29,646 bases of DNA from Tupaia chinensis (taxonomy: Eukaryota). How positions within the stretch are numbered: position 1 is the stretch's first letter; every line of letters starts with the position of its first letter. Below are positions 10,113-21,025 of the stretch, in pieces. Position numbers and translations under genes: made by a program. The stretch spans positions 808,147 through 837,792 of the forward strand of contig NW_006159661.1 in NCBI RefSeq assembly GCF_000334495.1, read 5' to 3'. The notes below the pieces were generated by a model. It saw only the letters and a program-made list of their open reading frames with translations, had not been told where the DNA came from and searched no databases.

Positions 10113-10378
10113 GAATTTTTGTCTTTTCTTGAGCTGCCGATAGGTTCATGTACCTACTATTTGAACAGAATCCCAACCTGTTTCCTGGCTTTAAGTTTCA
10201 AGCATATTTCCTTAGCATTTCTTTGATTTATTAAAGTTTAATCTGCTTTTCTTGAAATTAAAAAATATAGTAAAAAATACATTAAAAAAGATATTATCAT
10301 ATATATTATCACCAATAGATTGAAAAATGCTTCTCCTTTTTTTCTCCTCATCCCCTTATTTTAAGTTTTGAATCTTAC

Positions 10379-10459
10379 TGTTCCAGTTGTCTTCTGAAGC
10401 TCAGTAGTTGACACCATGGTACAAAATTCTTTCTCTTGAATTAATGCACGTAGGGTTGC
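10379..10459 (-). CDS. Candidate VWA5-family exon (ATLRALIQEKEFCTMVSTTELQKTTGT)
   Basis: Excellent acceptor cactttttcccatttcag|GCA and donor AACA|gtaaga. 81 nt, open in phase 0 and phase-compatible with neighbours. No clear homology anchor. Confidence 0.4.
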
Positions 10460-10699
10460 CTGAAATGGGAAAAAGTGAATTCCTAATTAGCTTTCTACTT
10501 CACGGTGTCTTGGTTAACTTAACAGCATTTTTTTCAGTGATTTCCTCTCCTCTTTCAATGGGAGTTAGAAGATTCCCCAGTGGCCCTGCTGTTTTCTCAG
10601 GAGAAAATCTGCCAATGAGAGAGAGGAAAGAACAAAAGGAAAACTATTAGGAAAATACATTGGTCTTCCCAACGTAGAAAAAGCTTTGCTGCTTCTTAC

Positions 10700-10870
10700 C
10701 TGGGTACAATGAGGAATAAATCCATAGACAAGGAGTCGATCGTTGTGGAATAAGGACTGCACCTGGGCTGGGGCCTGCAGGGGCTCCTGGGCATTTGCAC
10801 TGAATTGTTGCCACTTGACGGAGACAGAGTGGCAACTTGGAGAACGAACCCTGGTCATTTGGTCTTCTAT
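10700..10870 (-). CDS. VWA5-family gene exon (IEDQMTRVRSPSCHSVSVKWQQFSANAQEPLQAPAQVQSLFHNDRLLVYGFIPHCTQ)
   Basis: Donor CCCAG|gtaaga is strong. The acceptor was chosen as ctctctataaatag|ATA to keep phase 0 and is less certain. 171 nt. Aligns to VWA5A ...LKRSLQPVVEDVSLSWHLPPGLSAKMLSPEQTVIFRGQRLISYAQL. Confidence 0.6.
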
Positions 10871-11039
10871 CTATTTATAGAGAGAGAATTATTTCTCTTT
10901 TAATGTTATATCCAGATAATAGTTAGTTAGCACTTGAAGCACAGATTCTATCCTTTGGGAGATTTTTATAGCCTTTGGTTTGTTCCCTCCTTCCTGCTAC
11001 AGCTTATTAAAAGAGAAAGATTATAATTATTATTGTTAT

Positions 11040-11278
11040 TGCCAGAGGGGGGATGCACTTTCCAGATGGAAAGAGAGAGGGGAAGAAAGCAGCCCTGAAT
11101 ACAGTGAGTAGAATACATGCCGCAGTCCCTTCTCCCTCATTTTTCTATCCTGTTGGGATTTGGGGCACATGGGTACATGAGTCTGGTGTGTTTTTTAAGC
11201 TGCCACATCCATGATTTGAACCCACAAGGTTGGCCACATGGGATCCAGCTCTCTTACCCATCAGGCCATGGGCAGACC
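11040..11278 (-). mobile_element. tRNA-derived SINE, long subtype
   Basis: Reverse complement of the family. Confidence 0.75.
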
Positions 11279-11475
11279 TTCCAAAAATTACTAGCACTAT
11301 CATATCATTTAAATTTACAGAGGATCCTAAAATTGTCCCATTAGCTAATTACTAATATGCAACTTTGATATGTATAGGTTTTAATTCTGAAAATTAATAC
11401 TACAAAAGACTTGAATATGCATTTTCCCAAGAAGACATACAACTAGCCAATAAGCACAAGAAAAGATGCTCACCA

Positions 11476-11722
11476 GGGGCCAGAAGGTGACATGGTGGTT
11501 AAGGTGCTAGACTCCCACATGGCCAACTGCAGTCTGAGTTCTGGGCCTGGCGGCTTGACATCATGCTGGGGGTGTGTGTGTGCGTGAGTGCCTAAAGTCC
11601 CAAGAGGAGAGTGGAAGAGAAGGGATTGTGGTGTGGCCATTCCCCCCGGAGACTGATTTCTCATTCTCCTTCTCACTGTATCTCTTGGTGAGCACACATA
11701 CCCTCTAGCAAAATTTAAAAAT
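11476..11722 (+). mobile_element. tRNA-derived SINE, long subtype
   Basis: Family structure. Confidence 0.8.
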
Positions 11723-11898
11723 TAGAAAAGTTCTGAAGATAAATGGTGGTGATGTTTGTAGAACATCGTGACTGTACTTAATGTCACTGAACCATACATA
11801 CACTTAAACATGGTTAAAATGGTAAATTTGATGTATGTTTTACCACAATAAAAAAATTAATCCCTGCGAAACATATATAATACTTTAGTATAAAAAGC

Positions 11899-12045
11899 TG
11901 GGGCCAGCAGATGGCATGCTGGTTAAGGTGCTGGACTCCCACATGGCTGACTACAGTTCAAGTCCCGGACCTGGCAACTTGCTTTGTCACTTTCCTTCTC
12001 TCTCTCTGTCTCTCTCTGAGCAAATAAAGAAATAGTAAATACAAT
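11899..12045 (+). mobile_element. tRNA-derived SINE, short subtype
   Basis: Head plus a CT-rich tail. Confidence 0.75.
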
Positions 12046-12336
12046 TCAATAATTATTTTTTTAAAAATAGAATTATATTTTTAAAAGTTAATCCATGACA
12101 GTTTATGAGACAGAAACCAAACTGTTAAGTAGAAGAATGACCTGATCAAATATTCACTGAGTCCCTGCCAGGTGCCAGGAGAACACTAGCTAAGGGTGGG
12201 GGGGGTCATGCCTTTGGCAGTTTTATGCCTCCCTTTTCCATTCCAGAAAACACAGAAGTTACTGTCACTTAGACTTGTAAGATAGTATTTCTACATGTTA
12301 ACACAAAACTAGAAAGAAGATGTTTAAAAGACTTAC

Positions 12337-12436
12337 CTGTTTTTTCCAACTATGTGTGGATTTTGAGTTAAAATACTCGAATACTCCGGCACCACATTGG
12401 GACAAAGTCCTTAAGACATGGCGATTTGCTGTAGAA
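12337..12436 (-). CDS. VWA5-family gene exon ((G)STANRHVLRTLSQCGAGVFEYFNSKSTHSWKKQ)
   Basis: Acceptor gtgatcag|T and perfect donor CAG|gtaagt. 100 nt (1 + 33 codons) completes the GG left by the TDG exon. QCGAGVFEYF aligns to VWA5A ASGGTSEFI. Confidence 0.7.
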
Positions 12437-12971
12437 CTGATCACAATTCACATGTTTTAATTTTCAAGAAATATTAGAAACATTTGTGAAGTACACGTTA
12501 ACAACGTTGGGAAGCTCAAAACTCAACAGAAGATTGAAGAGACATCTCATGAAGAAGAATTTAGTCTTCTGTGGCTGAGGTTGAATATAAAACTGATAAC
12601 ACACAGAAAGCAACTCCAGGATTTTTGCTTAATTTAATCTTACACAAATCCAAGGACCTCTTTATCTTTCACAACAGAAAAAAAAGTAGAAATGCTTGAT
12701 TTCTAGATTATTTTAGGAGGAAGTCGATGGTTTTTTAAAAAGCCCCAGAAATATTAGAATACTAGTAAAGATATCAACCTATTTTCGGTGAATGTCAAAG
12801 TTATCTGAATCTGAGCCCCGAGGTCAAGATTGCACAGAGTTAAAGTCTTTGTCTTAACATATGATATATATTTACATAGTAAAAGGTATAAAAAAGTGAC
12901 TCTCTAACATAGAACATGTCTGATATTTAAATAAGTATCGCAGTATTTCTCATTAACAATTGTACAATTAC

Positions 12972-13211
12972 TTTTTTTTTAGAGGTTTTTGCTATAAGGC
13001 ACGTGTGCTCTCCAGAAAGAGAGACAGATACAGAAAGCGAGAAATCACCCCCCAGTGGGGATGGCCATCCTGCAATCCCTTCTCCTCCATTCTCTCGAGA
13101 TCTTGGGCACGCATGCACATGCACCTGGTGTGAGTTTAAGTCTGGGACTCGAACCATGGTCAACTACACGGGAGTCCAGCGACATAGCCATTATGCTATC
13201 TGCTGGTCCTC
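12972..13211 (-). mobile_element. tRNA-derived SINE, long subtype, with about 18-bp TSD (aacaattgtacaattact)
   Basis: TSD at 12954-12971 and 13213-13230. Confidence 0.85.
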
Positions 13212-13340
13212 AACAATTGTACAATTACTAAAAACTCTTTTCTTAGAGGGAATCCTACTAAAATATTAAAGAAACAAGTGAAAAAAGCTCTTTCAAAAAA
13301 AGAGCTTAAAAAAGAGAACGAGAGCGAGCTTAAGGGCGGC

Positions 13341-13560
13341 CTCCATGGCCTGGTTATTAAGGTAGTTGGATCCCACATGACTGATCATATGCTTTGAATC
13401 CTGGCTCCAGTTGCTTGAAAACCATACTAGGCATGTGTACCCCAAATCCTGACGGGGTGGAGAAGTGGAGGAGAAGGGCCTGTGGCATGACCGTGTCCCA
13501 TTGGGGAGTGCTTTCTCTCTCTGGCAGCATGCACTCACTCCGGCAAATTAAAAAAAAAGA
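13341..13560 (+). mobile_element. Divergent long-subtype SINE
   Basis: Older copy with the family architecture. Confidence 0.55.
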
Positions 13561-13602
13561 AAGAGAGAGAGTTTAAGGAAATTATTCTTAAAAACGTTTT
13601 AG

Positions 13603-13912
13603 CAGGACCAGCAGTTAGTGTAATGGCTATGTCGCTGGACTCCCACGTAGTGGACTGTGATTTGAGTCCCGGACCTGGTGGCTTAAACTTACACCGGGCA
13701 CATGTGCGTGCATGCCCAAGATCCCGAGAGGAGAATGGAGGAGAAGGGATTGCAGTGTGGCCATCCCCCCTGGGGGGGTGATTTCTCGCTTTCTGTCTCT
13801 CTGTCTCTGTCTCTGTCTGTCTGGCGAGCGCACGTGCCCTATAGTAAAAAAACAAAAACAAAAACAAAAAAACAAACAAACAAAAAAAACACAACTCTCC
13901 AAAAAAAAAAAA
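13603..13912 (+). mobile_element. tRNA-derived SINE, long subtype, with extended A-rich (CAAAA)n tail
   Basis: Near-consensus copy. The left breakpoint of the tandem duplication lies at about 13780 inside it. Confidence 0.85.
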
Positions 13913-13944
13913 CCGAATTCACCATTATTTAAAAATTTTTAAAA

Positions 13945-14200
13945 ATTCTTTCTTATTCATGACAGAGCATGTGCACACACCCTTGAGAGTAAAACAGAGA
14001 GAGAGAGAGATAAGTACCCTCCACAGAATCTGGTCATGACAAGAGCCTCTTCTTCCAGTCCTCCATACTGTAGACCTTGGGCACTTGAACATGTACCAGG
14101 TGTTTCAGGCTGACTGGCCAGGAATTCAAACCTCAGTTGCCACATGGGGTCCAGCTTCTATCGAGTAGCACATTACTGCTACGCCACAGAGCCATCCCCA
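13945..14200 (-). mobile_element. tRNA-derived SINE, long subtype (duplicated at 16337-16592)
   Basis: Reverse complement of the family. Confidence 0.75.
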
Positions 14201-14339
14201 GATTTGTTTTTATCCTGAAAATTAACTGGCTCTGATTATAACATTGACCAGACACTGCTTTAGACAGAGTTGGCATTTTATGGATGAGTGAGCAAAGCTT
14301 ATGGGAATTTCTTTGGGATCCTGGCTGTGGTTGCCCAAA

Positions 14340-14455
14340 GTCACAGCTAGTGAAAATGGAATTGAAGTATACAGTTTATTTTGGTGCAAAAAAAATTGAA
14401 ATCCATGCATGATTTTTTATAATAGGCATTTTCCATGAATGTTCTACAGATCCCT
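14340..14455. mobile_element. Tc1/mariner-like DNA transposon fragment (duplicated at 16732-16847)
   Basis: ITR-like tattttggtgcaaaaaaaattgaaatccatgcatgattttttataataggcattttccatgaa. Relatives at 15150-15215, 15880-15935, 20640-20745 and 22895-22965. Confidence 0.4.
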
Positions 14456-14552
14456 TATATCAGCTTTGAACCTTTCAAAAGTCCTGTGCAGACCAGCGAA
14501 GAGACCAACTAGCGGGCTCTCCATATCTGTGCGACCAGATTGCGGGACTTAC

Positions 14553-14740
14553 CCGACACCGCAGGTGAACAGCCTGGTGTGATGGGCATTTTTTTTCACG
14601 AGCTGCAAGGTCAGGCTCTCGTCCTGGAGGTGCCCATCAGATACAAGGAGAATGTTCCGCAACCCTTCCGAAGGGTACAGTAAACCTAAATATCGCAGTG
14701 TTTTCCAGAAGTCTGTGTTCCCCATGCTAGGGGTAGCAGA
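14553..14740 (-). CDS. VWA5-family gene exon, vWA TDG...GIG segment, duplicate copy 1
   Basis: Acceptor ttccttcatttccttcag|TCT and donor GG|gtaagt. 188 nt (62 codons + 2). Aligns to VWA5A ...GGTEILAPLQNIYRGPSIPGHPLQLFVFTDGEVTDTFSVIKEVRINRQKHRCFSFGIGEG. Contains an A8 homopolymer (gtgaaaaaaaatgcc). Confidence 0.8.
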
Positions 14741-14845
14741 CTGAAGGAAATGAAGGAAAAGGTTATTTACTTCTTTTTGAGTATACATGCCACTGACTGC
14801 AGTAATTTACTGAAGCATTTCTTCTGCTGTTTTTTACATTTTCAA

Positions 14846-15061
14846 AGGTTTTTACCATAGGGTGCACGCACTCACCAGAGAGAGACAGAGACAGTGAAAT
14901 GGAAAGTGAGAAATCAACCTCAGAGGTGGCAGAGGGATGCGACGTTGCAATCCCTTCTCCTCCATTCTCCTTTTCAGATTTTGGGCACACGTGAATGATT
15001 AAATTACAGTCTTCCATGTAGAAGTCTAGTGCCTTAACCACTATGCCAAGTACTGGCCCCC
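14846..15061 (-). mobile_element. tRNA-derived SINE, long subtype, internally shortened (duplicated at 17238-17453)
   Basis: Reverse complement of the family. Confidence 0.65.
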
Positions 15062-15376
15062 ATGAAGCATGTTTTCTAGTGAGGGTTAGGTATATACCGC
15101 CATTGAAAAGAAGGATTTTTCTTTTTTTTTCAAATTATACATTTGTGGAAAAATTATACATGGGTCTTCAAAAAGTCCAAGGAAAATGCATAATTATGAA
15201 AAAAAATCTATACATTAATTTCATTTTTCCACAAATATTTTGAAGCCCCCTGTACTATATTATTTTATTTTAGTACATGTTACAGAGTAATTATAATATC
15301 ATTACTTGGAGCTTATTTGCTTATTTAGTTTTTTTTTTTAAGGATCATTTGTTTAATTTAATTCATTAATTTTTTA

Positions 15377-15612
15377 GAGAGGTTTTTGCTATAGGGCACA
15401 TGTGCTTGTCAGAGAGACAGAGACAGAAAGCGAGAAATCATCTCCCTTGGGGGACAGTAGGCTGCAATCCTTTCTTTTCCATTCTCCTCTCAGGATTTTG
15501 GGCATGCACACACACACACGTGTTGAGTTTTAAGTCACTGGGTCCAGGACTTGAACCATGGTTGAGTACATGGGAGTTCAGTGCATAACCATTATGCCAT
15601 CTGCTGGTCACT
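15377..15612 (-). mobile_element. tRNA-derived SINE, long subtype (duplicated at 17769-18004)
   Basis: Reverse complement of the family. Confidence 0.8.
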
Positions 15613-15642
15613 TAATTTTATTTTTTATTATTGTTTTTAAAT

Positions 15643-15787
15643 TTGCTATAGGATACACATGCTCACCAGAGACAGACACACACAGAGAGAGGGAAAGTGA
15701 GAAAGCAAGCTTCCAGGTCCAAGAACTGAACTGCAGTTGGCCACATGAGAGTCCAGCACCTCAACCACTATGCCAACTGCTGGACCT
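15643..15787 (-). mobile_element. tRNA-derived SINE, short subtype (duplicated at 18035-18179)
   Basis: Reverse complement of the short subtype. Confidence 0.75.
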
Positions 15788-16171
15788 GTGCTTTTTTAGT
15801 TTTCAAAGAATCATGAGGAGACTTCAAGAAGTTTGTGAGAAAAGTATAATTAATAAATGAATTTTAGTGCCAAAATATTTTTTTTTTTTCACAGCATGCA
15901 TTGTCCACAAACTTTTTGAAGATCCCCACATTTTATACTTATAGGAAGAAGTGTCCCATCAAAGCATCCCTGGGTTTGCCAGGCTGGACTGTGGGGGTGC
16001 CTGGTCATACCCAACTTGCTCTATTTTGAGAGGTAAAAAAGAAGGGACAGAAGAAAACTTTCCAAAACTGTTAATGGTACTTGCATTTGGGTGGTAGGGG
16101 TATGGATGATCTTTATCTCTATAGTTTTAAATTTCTAATTCTCCTTTAGTGAGTTTATATCACTTTTATGA

Positions 16172-18583
16172 GATTTCTCGCTTTCTGTCTCTCTGTCTCT
16201 GTCTCTGTCTGTCTGGCGAGCGCACGTGCCCTATAGTAAAAAAACAAAAACAAAAACAAAAAAACAAACAAACAAAAAAAACACAACTCTCCAAAAAAAA
16301 AAAACCGAATTCACCATTATTTAAAAATTTTTAAAAATTCTTTCTTATTCATGACAGAGCATGTGCACACACCCTTGAGAGTAAAACAGAGAGAGAGAGA
16401 GATAAGTACCCTCCACAGAATCTGGTCATGACAAGAGCCTCTTCTTCCAGTCCTCCATACTGTAGACCTTGGGCACTTGAACATGTACCAGGTGTTTCAG
16501 GCTGACTGGCCAGGAATTCAAACCTCAGTTGCCACATGGGGTCCAGCTTCTATCGAGTAGCACATTACTGCTACGCCACAGAGCCATCCCCAGATTTGTT
16601 TTTATCCTGAAAATTAACTGGCTCTGATTATAACATTGACCAGACACTGCTTTAGACAGAGTTGGCATTTTATGGATGAGTGAGCAAAGCTTATGGGAAT
16701 TTCTTTGGGATCCTGGCTGTGGTTGCCCAAAGTCACAGCTAGTGAAAATGGAATTGAAGTATACAGTTTATTTTGGTGCAAAAAAAATTGAAATCCATGC
16801 ATGATTTTTTATAATAGGCATTTTCCATGAATGTTCTACAGATCCCTTATATCAGCTTTGAACCTTTCAAAAGTCCTGTGCAGACCAGCGAAGAGACCAA
16901 CTAGCGGGCTCTCCATATCTGTGCGACCAGATTGCGGGACTTACCCGACACCGCAGGTGAACAGCCTGGTGTGATGGGCATTTTTTTTCACGAGCTGCAA
17001 GGTCAGGCTCTCGTCCTGGAGGTGCCCATCAGATACAAGGAGAATGTTCCGCAACCCTTCCGAAGGGTACAGTAAACCTAAATATCGCAGTGTTTTCCAG
17101 AAGTCTGTGTTCCCCATGCTAGGGGTAGCAGACTGAAGGAAATGAAGGAAAAGGTTATTTACTTCTTTTTGAGTATACATGCCACTGACTGCAGTAATTT
17201 ACTGAAGCATTTCTTCTGCTGTTTTTTACATTTTCAAAGGTTTTTACCATAGGGTGCACGCACTCACCAGAGAGAGACAGAGACAGTGAAATGGAAAGTG
17301 AGAAATCAACCTCAGAGGTGGCAGAGGGATGCGACGTTGCAATCCCTTCTCCTCCATTCTCCTTTTCAGATTTTGGGCACACGTGAATGATTAAATTACA
17401 GTCTTCCATGTAGAAGTCTAGTGCCTTAACCACTATGCCAAGTACTGGCCCCCATGAAGCATGTTTTCTAGTGAGGGTTAGGTATATACCGCCATTGAAA
17501 AGAAGGATTTTTCTTTTTTTTTCAAATTATACATTTGTGGAAAAATTATACATGGGTCTTCAAAAAGTCCAAGGAAAATGCATAATTATGAAAAAAAATC
17601 TATACATTAATTTCATTTTTCCACAAATATTTTGAAGCCCCCTGTACTATATTATTTTATTTTAGTACATGTTACAGAGTAATTATAATATCATTACTTG
17701 GAGCTTATTTGCTTATTTAGTTTTTTTTTTTAAGGATCATTTGTTTAATTTAATTCATTAATTTTTTAGAGAGGTTTTTGCTATAGGGCACATGTGCTTG
17801 TCAGAGAGACAGAGACAGAAAGCGAGAAATCATCTCCCTTGGGGGACAGTAGGCTGCAATCCTTTCTTTTCCATTCTCCTCTCAGGATTTTGGGCATGCA
17901 CACACACACACGTGTTGAGTTTTAAGTCACTGGGTCCAGGACTTGAACCATGGTTGAGTACATGGGAGTTCAGTGCATAACCATTATGCCATCTGCTGGT
18001 CACTTAATTTTATTTTTTATTATTGTTTTTAAATTTGCTATAGGATACACATGCTCACCAGAGACAGACACACACAGAGAGAGGGAAAGTGAGAAAGCAA
18101 GCTTCCAGGTCCAAGAACTGAACTGCAGTTGGCCACATGAGAGTCCAGCACCTCAACCACTATGCCAACTGCTGGACCTGTGCTTTTTTAGTTTTCAAAG
18201 AATCATGAGGAGACTTCAAGAAGTTTGTGAGAAAAGTATAATTAATAAATGAATTTTAGTGCCAAAATATGTTGAAATGTATGCATAGTTTTTTTTTTTT
18301 TCACAGCATGCATTGTCCACAAACTTTTTGAAGATCCCCACATTTTATACTTATAGGAAGAAGTGTCCCATCAAAGCATCCCTGGGTTTGCCAGGCTGGA
18401 CTGTGGGGGTGCCTGGTCATACCCAACTTGCTCTATTTTGAGAGGTAAAAAAGAAGGGACAGAAGAAAACTTTCCAAAACTGTTAATGGTACTTGCATTT
18501 GGGTGGTAGGGGTATGGATGATCTTTATCTCTATAGTTTTAAATTTCTAATTCTCCTTTAGTGAGTTTATATCACTTTTATGA
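16172..18583. repeat. Tandem segmental duplication, unit 2 (about 2.41 kb)
   Basis: Near-identical to unit 1, except an 18-bp indel (gttgaaatgtatgcatag at about 18270, missing from unit 1 at about 15878). It ends at ...cacttttatga|atcatataaag. Confidence 0.9.
16945..17132 (-). CDS. VWA5-family gene exon, vWA TDG...GIG segment, duplicate copy 2 (SATPSMGNTDFWKTLRYLGLLYPSEGLRNILLVSDGHLQDESLTLQLVKKNAHHTRLFTCGVG)
   Basis: Identical to 14553-14740, offset +2392, inside tandem duplication unit 2. Same acceptor ttccttcatttccttcag|TCT and donor GG|gtaagt. 188 nt, phase 0 to +2. Confidence 0.7.
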
Positions 18584-18698
18584 ATCATATAAAGAGCCCA
18601 TCAACCTACAAAAACCCAAATGGAAGTTAAGTCCTGGACAGAATTACAAAAGCTTGATAGAAAAAGATTGAGAGATGGAAGAAGTTTCTTTTACTCAC

Positions 18699-18766
18699 CA
18701 TAATGAACTCTGTTGGTGTGTCATTGTTTGTGATATACTTAGGGTATGAAAATAACTCCTTGTAAC
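18699..18766 (-). CDS. VWA5-family gene exon (G)YKELFSYPKYITNNDTPTEFIM
   Basis: Acceptor tctatcttattacacag|GT and donor ATTATG|gtgagt. 68 nt (2 + 22 codons) restores the frame between the MIDAS exon (+1) and the TDG exon (phase 0). Similar to VWA5A SYEACFPESVKYTQQTMEEAL. Confidence 0.6.
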
Positions 18767-18884
18767 CTGTGTAATAAGATAGACTGTCATGAAATATGCA
18801 CTTGATTAGCCACCAACAAACAACATGCTACTTCATACCACCACTGCTATCAAGTATTTATACCTCACCCGCTACGGAAGAGGC

Positions 18885-19095
18885 ACCGGTTTAAATCCTT
18901 TGTATACATTAGCTTGGTCCTCACAACAGCACCGTGAGGTAGGGACTATACCTCTCAGGTGACACAGGAAACTGAGGCACGCAAAGTTCAAGCAGCCCTC
19001 CCAAGGGCAACACACAGAGCTTGTGGGCAGCACAGTTGTGGCTCTAGAGTTCTTGTTCTGAAGCTTCCCACGGGGCTACCTCTCACTCCACAGGT
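18885..19095 (+). mobile_element. MIR (mammalian-wide interspersed repeat) fragment
   Basis: Contains the MIR core ...caggtgacacaggaaactgaggcacgcaaagttcaagcagccctcccaagggcaacacacag... Confidence 0.7.
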
Positions 19096-19175
19096 CAGGG
19101 CGGGCCTCAGCAGTCACATAGAGCATGCTCATTTGAAGAAGAAATCGCGCCTAGGGCTGGAGCCACAGTGCTCAC

Positions 19176-19371
19176 CTGTGCCAAACTGGACAAGGTTCAC
19201 TCTTTGCTTCTCACCCACCAACGACAGCGCGTATAAGGCGATTTTCTTGGCCTGCATGAATGTCACACCCTCCATGGAATTGGAGCAGTCGAGGCAAATA
19301 ATCACTTCACTGCTGTTGGCTAGCTCAGGGAGGGCAAGGTCAAGATCAGGTTGAAAGACAAGCATGCAAGC
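19176..19371 (-). CDS. VWA5-family gene exon, start of vWA domain with MIDAS motif (ACMLVFQPDLDLALPELANSSEVIICLDCSNSMEGVTFMQAKKIALYALSLVGEKQRVNLVQFGTG)
   Basis: Acceptor tttcatttttctcctttcag|GCT and donor ACAG|gtgagc. 196 nt, phase 0 to +1. Contains D-C-S-N-S-M (DxSxS MIDAS motif). Aligns to VWA5A ...MVSFYPNIPEDQPSNTCGEFIFLMDRSGSM...NIYGFG. Confidence 0.8.
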
Positions 19372-19789
19372 CTGAAAGGAGAAAAATGAAACTTATCAGA
19401 ACTTAAACTGGAAAATATCTACTTGCAGAATTCTAAAACTTTCTAGTAAGGTAAACTAATGCTGTAAAAACAAAAAGAATAAGACAGCCTACGAGTTCAA
19501 ACAACAAGATAGGCTACTAGCTCAAATAAAAAGTAGAGAGTCAGAGCTGGGGTTTCCAGTGTGTAGGACATAAATTCTAGAAAGGTCAAGAATTAACATA
19601 GAATTAATTCTGAAAAATCATATAGCATCAACGTTGCCTGTAGAATGAGTAAATAATGTCACACACCTATACACACTATTCCTTAATGAATGCTGTTATG
19701 CTAACACATACCTTGGTTTTATTAATTAACTGATAGTTAAAGTATAACTACTATCAAGTAAGTTTTAGTTTATTTATTTATTTAATTTG

Positions 19790-20320
19790 CCAGAGAGCAT
19801 ATACACTCACTAGAGAGAGACAGAGAGATATAGAGAGAAGGAGCAGGGAAAAGTACCCCGCCAGTGGGGTGCGGTCACACTGCAATTGCTTCTCCACCAT
19901 TTCTGCATCCTAGACAGATTTGGGGCGTTCATGCACATGTACCCAGTGGTTTTTTTCTTTTTCTTTTTTTAAAGATTTTTTGCCATAGGGCACATGTGCT
20001 CCCAGAAAGAGACAAAGAGAGAAACATTAAGAAGTCCCCTCCTTCTCACCCACTACCCCCCATGGGGGATAACTACACCACAATCCTTCTTTTCTGTTCT
20101 CCTCTCAGGTTTTTGGCATGCATGCTCACATGACCAGTGTGTTTTTCAGGCTGCCAGGTCTAGGACTCGAACCACAGAGTTGGCCATGTGGGATCCAGCA
20201 CCTTAACCATCACCACGCCACCTGCTGGCCTGCCCAGTGTGTTTTCCAAGTTGCTACGTCCAAGACTCAAAACACACAGTTGATCATGTGGGATCGGGCA
20301 CTCTTAACCACTAGGTAACC
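19790..20320 (-). mobile_element. Cluster of long-subtype SINE copies (partial 19790-19950, full 19978-20230, plus a partial tandem copy of the tRNA head at 20231-20320)
   Basis: Reverse complement of the family. The head segment is repeated twice in tandem. Confidence 0.7.
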
Positions 20321-20443
20321 TCGATTTTTATTTTATTTTAAGAAGCAATGCTCTGTTGCTGTCACACAAAATGGTCTTACGGCCATAAATATTCTTTATT
20401 TGTTTTTCCAGTACCAATATTTTTAAAGTCTAAGAATTCTATA

Positions 20444-20623
20444 GGCCCAGCTGTGGTGGTAGCACACTACTGTGACACTATACTGGGGTCACATGAGGTC
20501 TGGGTTTGATTCCTGATCCAACCCATAAGCTAGGTGTGACAGCATGTCTATCATTTTTAGCAACTAAGGAGGCTGAGGCAGGATAACTATGTATGACAGG
20601 GAGACCCTGTTAAAAAAAAAAAA
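20444..20623 (+). mobile_element. 7SL-derived (B1/Alu-like) SINE
   Basis: Contains ggcccagctgtggtggtagcacac...ggaggctgaggcagga...gagaccctgtt followed by an A-run. Confidence 0.6.
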
Positions 20624-21025
20624 GTTCAAGATAAATGGAATTCATTGAAATATCACTTCATATTAGTGAAAAAATACTGCAATCTGTCCATAGCTTTTCA
20701 TAATATGCATTTTTCGTGAACTTTTTGAAGACATCTTGTACAAACCAATATAATGTCTGATTTTCTTTTTGGTGGGAATGAAAATAATAACTATAGTTTT
20801 TATAGGAATATAGGCCACAGGGTTTTGCTTGTTTGTTTGTTTTTTAAAACCTCAGAAGTTTGTCATGCTTGATATAAGTATTTTTAATTACATAAGTATA
20901 TTTTAAATACATTACATTTAGTAAATGCTAGTTTTTCAAGACAATAATATCTAAATTTAAATAACCTATTTATTCTGAAACAGTTTTCTAACACCTCCTA
21001 GTTCTAAGTAAGAAGGAGTATATAC

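Larger units (their letters stand above)
13781..16171. repeat. Tandem segmental duplication, unit 1 (about 2.39 kb)
   Basis: All ORFs in the track recur at +2392 with identical translations (14222 and 16614, 14549 and 16941, 15558 and 17950, and so on). The junction is ...cacttttatga|gatttctcgc. The left breakpoint lies inside a long SINE. Confidence 0.9.

Noticed and set aside
15930-16010. Exon-like segment with acceptor caaaatag|AGC in duplication unit 1
   Set aside because: It has an in-frame TGA before any usable donor in the only phase compatible with flanking exons.
18682-18720. 39-nt exon candidate (ag|TATATCAC...CATTATG|gt)
   Set aside because: It is out of phase and has an in-frame stop. 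Extending to the upstream acceptor at 18766 gives the phase-correct 68-nt exon instead.
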